In this document: positions 18,851-27,596 of the stretch, in pieces
Layout of the letters: the number at the start of each line of letters is the position of its first letter
Numbering within the stretch: the first letter of the stretch is position 1
From: Candidatus Aminicenantes bacterium
Lineage (GTDB): Bacteria > Acidobacteriota > Aminicenantia > Aminicenantales > Saccharicenantaceae
Reading direction: 5' to 3'
Length of the DNA stretch: 59,163 bases
NCBI GenBank assembly: GCA_013178315.1
Contig: JABLWX010000025.1
Span: 1-59,163 of the forward strand
Notes under the pieces: generated by a model
Database searches by the model: none
The model's input: the letters and a program-made list of their open reading frames with translations, nothing else
Told to the model about the DNA's origin: nothing
Made by a program: the position numbers and the translations under genes

Positions 18851-19638
18851 AGGCCTGCAAGAGATATAAGAAGGAATGGCCGGCTTTCATCGGCGGCCAG
18901 CTTTCTCAGGGTAGAATCGAGGAAATGGCTGCCCATTTAAAAATTTGCGCGGCCTGCCGGGCCGAGCTGGAAGAAACCGGGAAATTGATCTCGCTGGCCG
19001 CGGGCTTCAAAGAAGAGCTGAAAGAAGTCATGGCCACGGTGGACTGGGAAGCGCTCCCCGTAGAAATAACAGATAAAGTCTGGGAACGAAAGGAGCGGAC
19101 AGCTCCGGCATCTGTTCCCTCAGGCTGGCGGCTCTGGAAATGGCAGCCGGTGGTGGCCGGTTTATTCCTGGGGTTGCTTTTGGGCGGGGCCCTGACTTTC
19201 CTGGTCTTGAAGCCGCAGAAACCCGGTACTCTGGCGGCCCGCCAGGAAGCAGGTATTTCCCTGCCGGCGGACCTGGTGGAGCGGGTCGACCTGGCCCTGG
19301 CCCGTAGGGAGACCATAGATTACCTGGAACGCAGCCAGTATCTACTGCTCGACCTTCTTCAAAACGGCCAGCCCGGGGAATCGGGCCTTGTCCGCCAGGA
19401 CAGGATCCAGCAGCTCCTGACCGAGAAGAAATACCTCAACAACCAGCTCGACGACTGGCGGCTGATGAAGGCCCGGGCCATCTGCGACCAGATTGAGCTT
19501 CTTTTCCTCGAGCTCAGCCAGCTGAGCCCCGAGCTGTCGGCCCGGGAACTCGAGAAGGTCCGGGAGATGGTCGAAGAAAAACAGCTACTGCTGAAAATAA
19601 ACCTGGTCAAGAAAGAACTCCAGCAAGGAGAGGTCTGA
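18847..19638 (+). CDS. Membrane-bound zinc-binding anti-sigma factor (ZAS)
   Basis: HLKICAAC (HxxxCxxC), a single TM and an extracytoplasmic helical domain; ATGA overlap with the sigma gene. Confidence 0.88.
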   Translation: MKACKRYKKEWPAFIGGQLSQGRIEEMAAHLKICAACRAELEETGKLISLAAGFKEELKEVMATVDWEALPVEITDKVWERKERTAPASVPSGWRLWKWQPVVAGLFLGLLLGGALTFLVLKPQKPGTLAARQEAGISLPADLVERVDLALARRETIDYLERSQYLLLDLLQNGQPGESGLVRQDRIQQLLTEKKYLNNQLDDWRLMKARAICDQIELLFLELSQLSPELSARELEKVREMVEEKQLLLKINLVKKELQQGEV

Positions 19639-19639
19639 G

Positions 19640-20497
19640 GTGAAGAGAAATATGACGGCGATTCTGATCATAGCACTGCTCCTGTCCCTTGGAGCCGGCG
19701 GGTCGGTCTCCGGCCAGGCGCGGGGGGGTGAGGACGAAAGACTTCTGCAGGAAGCCAAGCTCCTGATCTTTGACAAGAACTGGGTCGAGGCCGAAAAGAA
19801 ATTGTCAGGCCTCATCAATAACCACCCGCAGAGCAGTTATTATTCCCAGGCCCTCTTTTATCTCGGCAAGTGCCAGTCCGAACAGGCCGGGAAAGAGAAG
19901 GCGGCCCTTGATTCCTTCCAGGCTTTTCTGAAAAGGCCGGACCGGCCCCAGGGCCTGGTGGAAGAGGCCGAGATAGCCATCATCGACCTGGCCTTCAGGC
20001 TTTTCAGCCAGGGACAGAAAGAGTACAGCCGCTTGCTCCTGGACCGGCTGTCCAGTCCCAACCGGGTGGTCAGGTACTACGCGGCCATGAAGATGAGTTA
20101 CCTGAAGGATAAGGACCTGGCCGGCCAGGCCCTGCCGGTGCTGCTCAGGTTAATAGAAACGGAAAAAGACCAGGAGCTGGTGGACCGGGCTAGGATTGCC
20201 GTCCTCAGAATTTCTCCCGAGGCCCTGAAAGATGTTCCCGACCGGCCGGGAAGGGAAGGGCTGCGTCTTCTCAAAATCAGGGTCTATGAAAAGGGGAAGA
20301 AGGTCCCCAGTCTGTCAATAAATCTGCCGCTGGCTCTGGCTGACCTGGCCATTCAGGCCATGCCTGAAGAAGAAAAAGCCAGGATGAAGGAAAAAGGTTA
20401 CGACCTCAACCGTATCATTTCCGACCTGGCCAGGGCCAAAGAGAAACTGGTCCGGATAGAAGAAGATGGTAACATCATCGAAATCTGGATTGAATAA
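19640..20497 (+). CDS. Exported TPR + HEAT-repeat protein; copy 2 of the shared W[LI]E domain
   Basis: Signal peptide, TPR-like ALFYLGKC, HEAT-like VVRYYAAM, and C-terminal LKIRVYE..INLPLAL..IEIWIE. Confidence 0.8.
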   Translation: MKRNMTAILIIALLLSLGAGGSVSGQARGGEDERLLQEAKLLIFDKNWVEAEKKLSGLINNHPQSSYYSQALFYLGKCQSEQAGKEKAALDSFQAFLKRPDRPQGLVEEAEIAIIDLAFRLFSQGQKEYSRLLLDRLSSPNRVVRYYAAMKMSYLKDKDLAGQALPVLLRLIETEKDQELVDRARIAVLRISPEALKDVPDRPGREGLRLLKIRVYEKGKKVPSLSINLPLALADLAIQAMPEEEKARMKEKGYDLNRIISDLARAKEKLVRIEEDGNIIEIWIE

Positions 20498-20524
20498 ATA
20501 ATAATCAGAGAAAGGAGAAAAGAT

Positions 20525-20911
20525 ATGAAAAAAGTAATCATGATCACGGTAATGCTTCTTGGCCTGTTGTTCCTGACCTCCAGCCTGCTGCCGGCCGGTG
20601 ACCGGGACGATTACCAGGTTATCAAGAAGGCTGTCCAGGAGACCTCGAAGGTCGAGCCAGCCCAGGAAGTTAAATGGTTCAAGGTGCTGGTTACGGACAC
20701 CAAGACCGGGAAAGAGAGAGTCAAGATTACCATGCCCATCGCCCTGGTGGAGATCTTCGCCCGTTGTGCCGATAGCAAAGAGGTTAAGCTGGGGCGTGAT
20801 GGCTGCAGCCTGAACCTGCCGGAATTGCTGGCCGAGCTCAAGAAGGTCGGGCCGCTGGCCATCATTGAAGTCAACGAGGAAGACGAGACGGTCAAGGTCT
20901 GGCTGGAATAG
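20525..20911 (+). CDS. Exported hypothetical protein; copy 3 of the shared W[LI]E domain
   Basis: MKK signal peptide; RBS AAGGAG; FKVLVTD..ITMPIAL..EV..ETVKVWLE. Confidence 0.82.
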   Translation: MKKVIMITVMLLGLLFLTSSLLPAGDRDDYQVIKKAVQETSKVEPAQEVKWFKVLVTDTKTGKERVKITMPIALVEIFARCADSKEVKLGRDGCSLNLPELLAELKKVGPLAIIEVNEEDETVKVWLE

Positions 20912-20933
20912 TTGATTCGGAAGAGATAACCGG

Positions 20934-20963
20934 AAAGGGCTTCCTGCGGGGAGCCCTTTTTTT
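20934..20963 (+). terminator. Rho-independent terminator of the ECF operon
   Basis: AAAGGGCTTCC-TGCG-GGGAGCCCTTT stem-loop with a 7-T run. Confidence 0.85.
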
Positions 20964-21033
20964 ATGGCCTTCGGGTTTCTGAGGAAAAGAGGGCTGGAGG
21001 GAATCGGGCCACCGGAAACCGCTCCGAACTTAA

Positions 21034-21063
21034 TTGACAGAAAAGTCAAATTTCGGGCATAAT
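21034..21063 (+). promoter_or_regulatory. Putative sigma70 promoter with an overlapping inverted repeat
   Basis: TTGACA-N18-CATAAT; TTGAC-N6-GTCAA dyad at 21034-21049. Confidence 0.5.
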
Positions 21064-21103
21064 AGCAACCTCAACTATCATAAATTCCAGGAGGAGAACC
21101 ATA

Positions 21104-22219
21104 ATGGCAAAATATCGGCTGGCAATTTTGCCCGGAGACGGGATTGGTAAAGAAGTCGTCGAGGCGGCCATGATCGTCCTCGAGCGGATGAATCTGGACG
21201 CAGAGTACATTTATGGCGATATTGGTTGGGAGTTCTGGTGCAAGGAGGGGAATGCCCTTCCCGACCGGACCATCAAGCTCTTGAAGGAAACCGACGCCTG
21301 CCTGTTCGGGGCCATAACTTCCAAGCCCAAGGAAGATGCGGCCAGGGAACTGGCCCCGGAACTGCAGGGAAAAGGCCTGTCCTATGTCAGCCCGATCGTC
21401 AAGCTGCGGCAGCTATTTGACCTTTACATCAACCTCAGGCCCTGCAAGGCTTACCCGGGCAACCCGCTAAATTACAAGGAAGGTATAGACCTGGTGATTT
21501 TCAGGGAAAATACCGAGGGCAGCTATGCCGGGGTGGAGTTCTATCCGCTGCCGGACAAGGTCAGGGAAGCTCTTATGCTTCATCCCAAGATGAAAGATTT
21601 TAAGGATGTGCCGGCCGAGGAAATAGCCGTCTCCACCAGGATCATGACCAGGAAGGGTTGCGAACGCATCGTCCGGGCTGCCTTTGAGTATGCCCGCAAG
21701 TACAAGCGGAAATCGGTCACCCTGGTGGAAAAGCCCAATGTCCTGCGGGAAACGGGCGGGCTGATGCTGAGGGTAGCTCGCCAGGTGGCGACCGAGTTTC
21801 CGGACATTAAGTTCTACGAAGCCAACGTCGATGCCATGTGCATGTGGTTGCTGAAGAACCCGTACGATTATGACGTCCTGGTGGCCGAAAACCTGTTTGG
21901 CGATATCATCTCGGACCTGGCGGCCCAGCTGGTCGGTGGACTGGGTTTTGCCTGTGCCGGCAATATCGGCGATAAGTACGCGGTCTTTGAACCCACCCAT
22001 GGTTCGGCTCCCAAGTACACCGGGATGTACAAGGTCAACCCCATAGCCACCCTCCTGGCGGCCAAGATGATGCTGGACTGGCTGGGGGAAACGGATAAGG
22101 CTGCCGTTCTGGAACAGGCCATTGCCGAGGTGATTAAAGAAGGCAAGGTCAGGACCTACGACCTCGGCGGTTCGGCCAAGACCCTGGACGTGGCCCGGGC
22201 CGTGGCCGAAAAGCTCTGA
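21104..22219 (+). CDS. Isocitrate/isopropylmalate (beta-decarboxylating) dehydrogenase family protein
   Basis: LPGDGIG, LRQLFDLYINLRP, RENTEG, NLFGDIISD and FEPTHGSAP motifs. Substrate unresolved. Confidence 0.92.
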   Translation: MAKYRLAILPGDGIGKEVVEAAMIVLERMNLDAEYIYGDIGWEFWCKEGNALPDRTIKLLKETDACLFGAITSKPKEDAARELAPELQGKGLSYVSPIVKLRQLFDLYINLRPCKAYPGNPLNYKEGIDLVIFRENTEGSYAGVEFYPLPDKVREALMLHPKMKDFKDVPAEEIAVSTRIMTRKGCERIVRAAFEYARKYKRKSVTLVEKPNVLRETGGLMLRVARQVATEFPDIKFYEANVDAMCMWLLKNPYDYDVLVAENLFGDIISDLAAQLVGGLGFACAGNIGDKYAVFEPTHGSAPKYTGMYKVNPIATLLAAKMMLDWLGETDKAAVLEQAIAEVIKEGKVRTYDLGGSAKTLDVARAVAEKL

Positions 22220-22269
22220 GGGGCAGATTACCCAAAATATAAAATTCTTGAGCAAGAAACAGGAACAAG

Positions 22270-22962
22270 ATGCTGCTGCTGGCCGTTGATACCACCACCC
22301 GCTTCGGCTCGGTGGCTGTGGTTGGAAATGGCGAAGTCCTGTCTGAGGTGAACTATGTTTCACCTTCCTCTCATTCGCGCCAGGTCTTCCGGGCAGTGGA
22401 TGAAGCGCTCCGGGTGGCCGGCCTGAAATTCGATGGCCTGGAAGGATTGGCCGTGGCGGCCGGACCCGGTTCTTTTACGGGGATCAGGATAGGGCTGAGC
22501 CTGGTTAAGGCCCTGGCCCTGGCCTCGGGCCGCCCGCTGGCGGCCGTTTCGGCCCTGGAATCCCTGGCCCTGAAGCTGCTGGCTCCCGGGGTCGGATTAA
22601 TGGTGCCGATGATCGATGCCCGCAAGGGAGAGGTTTTTGCCGGCGCTTATCGGCCTGACGGAGTGGGGTTTAAAGAGCTGGTTCCGGCCGGTGCCTATCT
22701 CCCCGCGGATTTTCTGGACCGGTTGCCTTCGGCCGGCCCGGCAACTTTTATCGGAACCGGGGCCAGGCTTTACCGCTCCATGATTGAAGACAGGCTTGGA
22801 ACGCGGGCCATTTTTTCCAGCCGAAGTCTTCACATCGCGGCTGAAGTTGGTCTGATCGGCGAAAAGCTTCTGGCCGGTGGGCGGGGGCTCAGCCCGGCCG
22901 CGCTTCAACCGATTTATTATCGTCAATCCCAGGCCGAGGAGAAAAAAACTGCCAGAGAATAA
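22270..22962 (+). CDS. tsaB: t6A37 biosynthesis protein TsaB
   Basis: LLAVDT, GPGSFTGIRIG, IDARKGEV and P.Y.RQSQAE motifs. Confidence 0.95.
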   Translation: MLLLAVDTTTRFGSVAVVGNGEVLSEVNYVSPSSHSRQVFRAVDEALRVAGLKFDGLEGLAVAAGPGSFTGIRIGLSLVKALALASGRPLAAVSALESLALKLLAPGVGLMVPMIDARKGEVFAGAYRPDGVGFKELVPAGAYLPADFLDRLPSAGPATFIGTGARLYRSMIEDRLGTRAIFSSRSLHIAAEVGLIGEKLLAGGRGLSPAALQPIYYRQSQAEEKKTARE

Positions 22963-22972
22963 TGACGCTCCT

Positions 22973-23419
22973 GTGCTCATCAGGAGAATGAGAGAGGAAG
23001 ACCTGCCGGAGGTCCTGGCCATAGAGAATCTCTGCTTTCCCAATCCCTGGAGCCGAGAGACTTTTCTGGGTGAGATTCAGAACCGGGCCATCTCCTTTCC
23101 CCTGGTGGTGGTTCACCGCGAGCAGAAAAGGATAGCCGGCTACGTGATTTTCTGGCAGATAGGCGACGAGGCCCAGGTCAACAACGTGGCCATCCATCCT
23201 GATTTCCAGGGCCAGGGCCTGGGGGAACTGGCCATGCGCCATGTGCTCGGCCGGCTCAAAGAAAACGGCGTTCATTTTGTCTCGCTCGAGGTCCGGGTCA
23301 GTAACCACCGTGCGCTGTCTCTTTACCGGAAACTCGGCTTTTCCATTCTCGGGGTGCGGAAGGATTATTACAGCCGGCCGGTGGAGGATGCCTACGTCAT
23401 GGGCCTGGTCCTGGGCTGA
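22973..23419 (+). CDS. rimI: Ribosomal-protein-alanine N-acetyltransferase
   Basis: IE..CFPNPWS, NVAIHPDFQGQGLG, LEVRVSN and RKDYY..PVEDA motifs; follows tsaB. Start is GTG 22973 or CTG 22949. Confidence 0.92.
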   Translation: MLIRRMREEDLPEVLAIENLCFPNPWSRETFLGEIQNRAISFPLVVVHREQKRIAGYVIFWQIGDEAQVNNVAIHPDFQGQGLGELAMRHVLGRLKENGVHFVSLEVRVSNHRALSLYRKLGFSILGVRKDYYSRPVEDAYVMGLVLG

Positions 23420-23423
23420 CCGG

Positions 23424-24251
23424 TCAGTAGTTGACCCGCACCAGGCATAGTCCACGGGCCGGGGCGCTGGGGCTGGACAGTGTCCTCTTTCTTTGCTCAA
23501 AAAGAAGGTCGATGTCTTCTGGCTTGAGTCGTCCGCGCCCGGCCATGATCAGTGTCCCGACGATGGTGCGGACCATGTACCGCAGGAAACCGTTGGCCTC
23601 GACCGTGTAAACCAGTTCATCTCCGCAGGACTCCAGCCTGGAACTGAAGACCTGCCTGACCGGGTTGGGATAGTCGCCTGAAGAAAAGGCAGAAAAGTCC
23701 GCTTCCCGCTCAAAGCGCCGGGCGGCTTCGACCATGGCCGGAATGTCCAGGGGATAGGGGTAATGCAGAACATACCGGTAATCGAAAGGACTGATGATGG
23801 GTGAAATCTTTATCCGGTAGCGGTAGACCTTGGAGCGGGCCGACTTCCGGGCATGAAAACCAGGGGAGACTTTTTCCACGTTCAGGATGCGGATGTCGAA
23901 GGGAAGCATGGCATTCAGGGCCCGGAGGAGTTCGGCCTCGCCCAGACGGCAGTTGGCCCGGAAGCTGGCCACCTGGCCCAGGGCATGGACCCCGGCATCG
24001 GTGCGCCCCGCGGCCTGCAGGTTGACCTTCTCGCCCAGGATTCTCATCAGGACGTCTTCCAGTTTGCCCTGGATGGTTACCCGGTTCGGCTGTCTCTGCC
24101 AGCCGTGGTAATCGGTGCCGTCATAGGAAATGGTCAGCTTGAAATTTTCGAGGAGCGGGAGGTCCAGCAGTTGACCTTCCCCGGCCTTTTCAGGCAGGTC
24201 CGGTTCATCGTCGGGGAGAGCGGTTTCTTGCGGTTTGATATCGGCTTTCAT
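23424..24251 (-). CDS. truA: tRNA pseudouridine(38-40) synthase
   Basis: YDGTDYHGWQRQ, AGRTDAGVHA, FHAR and FLRYMVR motifs; about 35-aa acidic N-terminal extension. Confidence 0.96.
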   Translation of the reverse strand: MKADIKPQETALPDDEPDLPEKAGEGQLLDLPLLENFKLTISYDGTDYHGWQRQPNRVTIQGKLEDVLMRILGEKVNLQAAGRTDAGVHALGQVASFRANCRLGEAELLRALNAMLPFDIRILNVEKVSPGFHARKSARSKVYRYRIKISPIISPFDYRYVLHYPYPLDIPAMVEAARRFEREADFSAFSSGDYPNPVRQVFSSRLESCGDELVYTVEANGFLRYMVRTIVGTLIMAGRGRLKPEDIDLLFEQRKRTLSSPSAPARGLCLVRVNY

Positions 24252-24718
24252 CTGATTCCTTCCAGGGCCAGGTCTACCGCTTCTTCCGGAGAGCCGGCCG
24301 GGATGACCCCCGGAATTGACCAGGTATTGAGGCCGATGATTTTTCGGCCAAAAATCCTGGCAAAGGCAATTTCGCTGAGAGTGCCATATTCGCCGTCTAT
24401 GGCTATGACCGCCTGGGCATTCAGCACAACCATGGAGTTCCGGTTATAGCCGATGCCGGTAGCTACCGGAATATCTATGAAATCGTTGGCTTCTTCCACC
24501 CGCTGCCCGGGAAGGATACCAAGGCTGAAGCCGCCGGCTTCCCGGCAGCCACGGGCTGCTGCCTCCATGACGCCGCCCAGGCCGCCGCAGACCAGGATGG
24601 CACCCTTTTCAGCCAGCAGCCGCCCCACCCGGAAAGCTATTTTCAGGGATTCGGGGTCGGGTTTGTTTCCGCCTATCACCGCCACTCTTGGCCTGGAACG
24701 GAAAACCTGTTCTGACAA
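24248..24718 (-). CDS. TIGR00725 family (SLOG/LOG-like Rossmann-fold) protein
   Basis: VAVIGG, CGGLGGVMEAA, GILPG, ATGIG..RN and GTLSEIAFA motifs. Confidence 0.88.
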   Translation of the reverse strand: MSEQVFRSRPRVAVIGGNKPDPESLKIAFRVGRLLAEKGAILVCGGLGGVMEAAARGCREAGGFSLGILPGQRVEEANDFIDIPVATGIGYNRNSMVVLNAQAVIAIDGEYGTLSEIAFARIFGRKIIGLNTWSIPGVIPAGSPEEAVDLALEGIR

Positions 24719-24904
24719 TTTGTTCTCCTTCGTAATCCTGGGATTTCAGGCGGCTTGAATCCTGGCCTCCGGCCGCCTTTTGAAAAAATAGCACAGGCCC
24801 GTGGGGTTTGCAATTTGTTGCCCTATTTTTCAACCACCGGTTCCGTCGGTTGACTAAATTCTTGTGGTATGCTAACAATAGCCCTGATGGGGAGACTGAA
24901 ATAG

Positions 24905-25771
24905 ATGGCCTATGTCAATTTCGTCACCAAGAATATAGCAATCAAAATCGTCTATTACGGACCTGGTCTTAGCGGCAAAACCACCAACCTAAGGTACATC
25001 TATTTCAAGCTGGAACCGGCCTACCGGGGTGAGCTGGTCTGCCTGGAAACCGAAACCGAGAGGACTTTTTTCTTCGACCTGCTGCCCATCAGGGCCGGCC
25101 TCATCAGGGATTTCAAGGTCCATTTCCAGCTCCTGACCGTTCCCGGCCAGGTCTTCTACGAGGCCTCGCGCAAGAGTGTTCTGAAGGGAGCTGACGGAAT
25201 CGTCTTCGTGGCCGATTCCCAGATGCCGCTGCTCGAGGCCAACCAGGAGAGCTTTGACGGGCTGAGAAGAAATTGCCTGGAGCACAACATAGACCTTAAC
25301 CGCATTCCCCTGGTGTTCCAGTACAACAAGAGGGACCTGCCCAACCTCATTCCGGTCGAGACTCTTAACCGCTTGCTGAACCACCGGAATGCGCCCTACA
25401 TCGAGGCCGAAGCTATCAACGGCCGAGGAGTCCTGGAGACCCTGAAGGAGATTGCCCGACTGACCGTGCCCGTCGTCCGGGAACGGGTGCTGGGAGAAAA
25501 GAGACCGAAGGAAACCGAGTCGGAAGAAGCCGAAAGCCGGGAATTCGCCCCGGCTGAAATAGTGACCTCACCGGCCCAGATTGAAACCGCGGCTCCGGCC
25601 CCTGCCCGAAAAAGGGCAGGCAGGAAGCAGCCCGAGGTAAGGATTGATTTTGTCCGCCCCGGCGATGAAACTCCATTTCCCACCACCAAGATAAAGGTGC
25701 AGTCGATCGAAGATATTGAGCAGGAAATAGAACGGCTGTCAAAAGAGTTCGGCCTGACCGCCAAGAAATAA
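24905..25771 (+). CDS. mglA: MglA-family small Ras-like GTPase with a C-terminal extension
   Basis: KIVYYGPGLSGKTTNL, TERTFFFD, TVPGQVFY and YNKRD motifs, plus an extra ~90 aa. Confidence 0.9.
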   Translation: MAYVNFVTKNIAIKIVYYGPGLSGKTTNLRYIYFKLEPAYRGELVCLETETERTFFFDLLPIRAGLIRDFKVHFQLLTVPGQVFYEASRKSVLKGADGIVFVADSQMPLLEANQESFDGLRRNCLEHNIDLNRIPLVFQYNKRDLPNLIPVETLNRLLNHRNAPYIEAEAINGRGVLETLKEIARLTVPVVRERVLGEKRPKETESEEAESREFAPAEIVTSPAQIETAAPAPARKRAGRKQPEVRIDFVRPGDETPFPTTKIKVQSIEDIEQEIERLSKEFGLTAKK

Positions 25772-25818
25772 GCCGCTGAGAATTTTACCGGCCCCTCTTC
25801 GTCTTTCTTTCTGGCATC

Positions 25819-27333
25819 ATGCTCATCAGAATCATCAGTGCTTCCCTGTACGGAATAGAGGCTTACCAGGTTGAAGTGGAAGTGGACATCTCGCCCGGCC
25901 TTCCGGCCTTTATCATCGTCGGCCTGCCCGATGCCGCGGTCAGGGAGAGCAAGGAACGGGTGCGCGCCGCCCTGCGAAACTGCGGCTTTGACTTTCCAGC
26001 CAAAAAAATCATAATCAACCTGGCCCCGGCCAGCCGCAAGAAGGAAGGTTCGGCCTTTGACCTGCCGATTTCCCTGGGCCTGCTGGCCTACCTGGGAATG
26101 ATTCCGGCTGAGAAACTGTCCAGGTTCATTTTTGTGGGGGAGTTAACCCTCGAGGGGAGCCTCAAGGCAGTCCGTGGAGGGTTGCCCTTTTCCCTGCTGG
26201 CCAGCCGTAAGAAGCTGGACGGACTGGTCCTGCCGGGGAGAAACGTCAGGGAAGCCTGCCTGGTCCGGGAAACGAGGGTCTTCGGCGTTAACCACCTCTT
26301 GGAAGTGATTCAGCTTCTCGACGGTCGCAACGAACCAAAACCCTCCAGCTACAGCCTGGAAGAGCTCATCGGTGAGACGGGTAGCGAGCTGGATTTTTCC
26401 GAGGTTCGCGGCCAGCAGCAGGCCAAGCGGGCGCTGGAAGTGGCCGCGGCCGGAGGCCATAACCTGCTGATGATCGGGCCGCCGGGTTCAGGCAAGACCA
26501 TGCTGGCCCGGAGGCTGCCGACCATTCTGCCGGAGATGACCTTTGAAGAAATAATCGAGGTAACTCAGATTTACAGCGCCGCCGGCCTGCTGGGAGAAAG
26601 GGCGGCCATCAGCCAGCGTCCGTTCCGCTCGCCGCATCATACCATCACCGACACCGGGCTGGTCGGAGGCGGCAACTACCCCAGGCCGGGAGAAGTCAGC
26701 CTGGCCCACCGGGGAGTGCTGTTCATGGACGAGTTCCCGGAGTTCAGTCGCCAGGCCCTGGAGAGCCTGCGCCAGCCGCTGGAGGACGGCTGGGTGACCA
26801 TTTCCCGGGTGGCCGGGAGCCTGTCCTATCCCTGCGCCTTCATGCTGGTGGCGGCCATGAATCCCTGTGCCGACGTTTTCCTGGGTTCCGGGCCGGAGGT
26901 CAACTGCACCGAGCAGGAACGAAGAAAGTATTATTCACGGCTGTCGAAGCCGCTGCTGGACAGAATAGATATTCAAATCGAGGTGCCCTCGGTCAGGTAC
27001 CAGGACGTCATCGGCCGGCCGCCCGGGGAGTCTTCAGCTGATATCAGGAAAAGAGTGTCAGCCGCACGGAAAATCCAGCTGGAGAGATTCAGGGGAAGGA
27101 AAATATTTTCCAACTCCGGCCTGACCGCCCGCGACCTCAGGCAGTTCTGTTCTCTGGACCAGGAAGCGTCCAGGCTGATGGAAACGGCCATGAAGCGCTT
27201 TCGTTTCAGCGCCCGGGCCTACGACCGCATCCTGAAGGTGGCCAGGACGGTGGCCGACCTGGGTGGAGAGGAGCGAATTTCAGCCGCGGCCGTGGCCGAA
27301 GCCATCCAGTACCGGATGCTGGACAGGTTCTGA
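25819..27333 (+). CDS. comM: ComM/YifB Mg-chelatase-like AAA+ helicase
   Basis: VGLPDAAVRES, INLAPA, GPPGSGKT, PFRSPHH, GEVSLAHRGVLFMDE and LDRID motifs. Confidence 0.93.
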   Translation: MLIRIISASLYGIEAYQVEVEVDISPGLPAFIIVGLPDAAVRESKERVRAALRNCGFDFPAKKIIINLAPASRKKEGSAFDLPISLGLLAYLGMIPAEKLSRFIFVGELTLEGSLKAVRGGLPFSLLASRKKLDGLVLPGRNVREACLVRETRVFGVNHLLEVIQLLDGRNEPKPSSYSLEELIGETGSELDFSEVRGQQQAKRALEVAAAGGHNLLMIGPPGSGKTMLARRLPTILPEMTFEEIIEVTQIYSAAGLLGERAAISQRPFRSPHHTITDTGLVGGGNYPRPGEVSLAHRGVLFMDEFPEFSRQALESLRQPLEDGWVTISRVAGSLSYPCAFMLVAAMNPCADVFLGSGPEVNCTEQERRKYYSRLSKPLLDRIDIQIEVPSVRYQDVIGRPPGESSADIRKRVSAARKIQLERFRGRKIFSNSGLTARDLRQFCSLDQEASRLMETAMKRFRFSARAYDRILKVARTVADLGGEERISAAAVAEAIQYRMLDRF

Positions 27334-27537
27334 GGGTCGGGGAGTCCGGCTGTGGCCGGGGTGACTCGGAAGGGAAGCCCCTCCGGTTAATTAGAGGAGT
27401 AAGAAAGGAAATAATTTTTTCGACATTTTGACCCGGGTTAACCGGGCCCGGCAGCGGCCTGCTTATACGTTGTGCTTCATGGATGATAAGCGGGATATAA
27501 AACAGGAAACCTTATTACACAAGAAGTAAAAAAGTCT

Positions 27538-27566
27538 TTGCTCTTCCAACCGGCGGTTGATACAAT
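27538..27566 (+). promoter_or_regulatory. Putative sigma70 promoter for the permease gene
   Basis: TTGCTC-N17-TACAAT with a TG extension. Confidence 0.5.
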
Positions 27567-27596
27567 TAGGGAAAAATTGTCGAGGATGAGCCTTTA

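Noticed and set aside
21467-22363. 298-aa ORF antisense to the dehydrogenase (likewise 12035-12898 and 20315-21049)
   Set aside because: Antisense shadows with no domain signatures.
27342-27450. Hairpin after comM and a CCGGG-TTAA-CCGGG element resembling one near 31528-31542
   Set aside because: No U-tract, and only two loosely similar copies; insufficient for a terminator or REP family.
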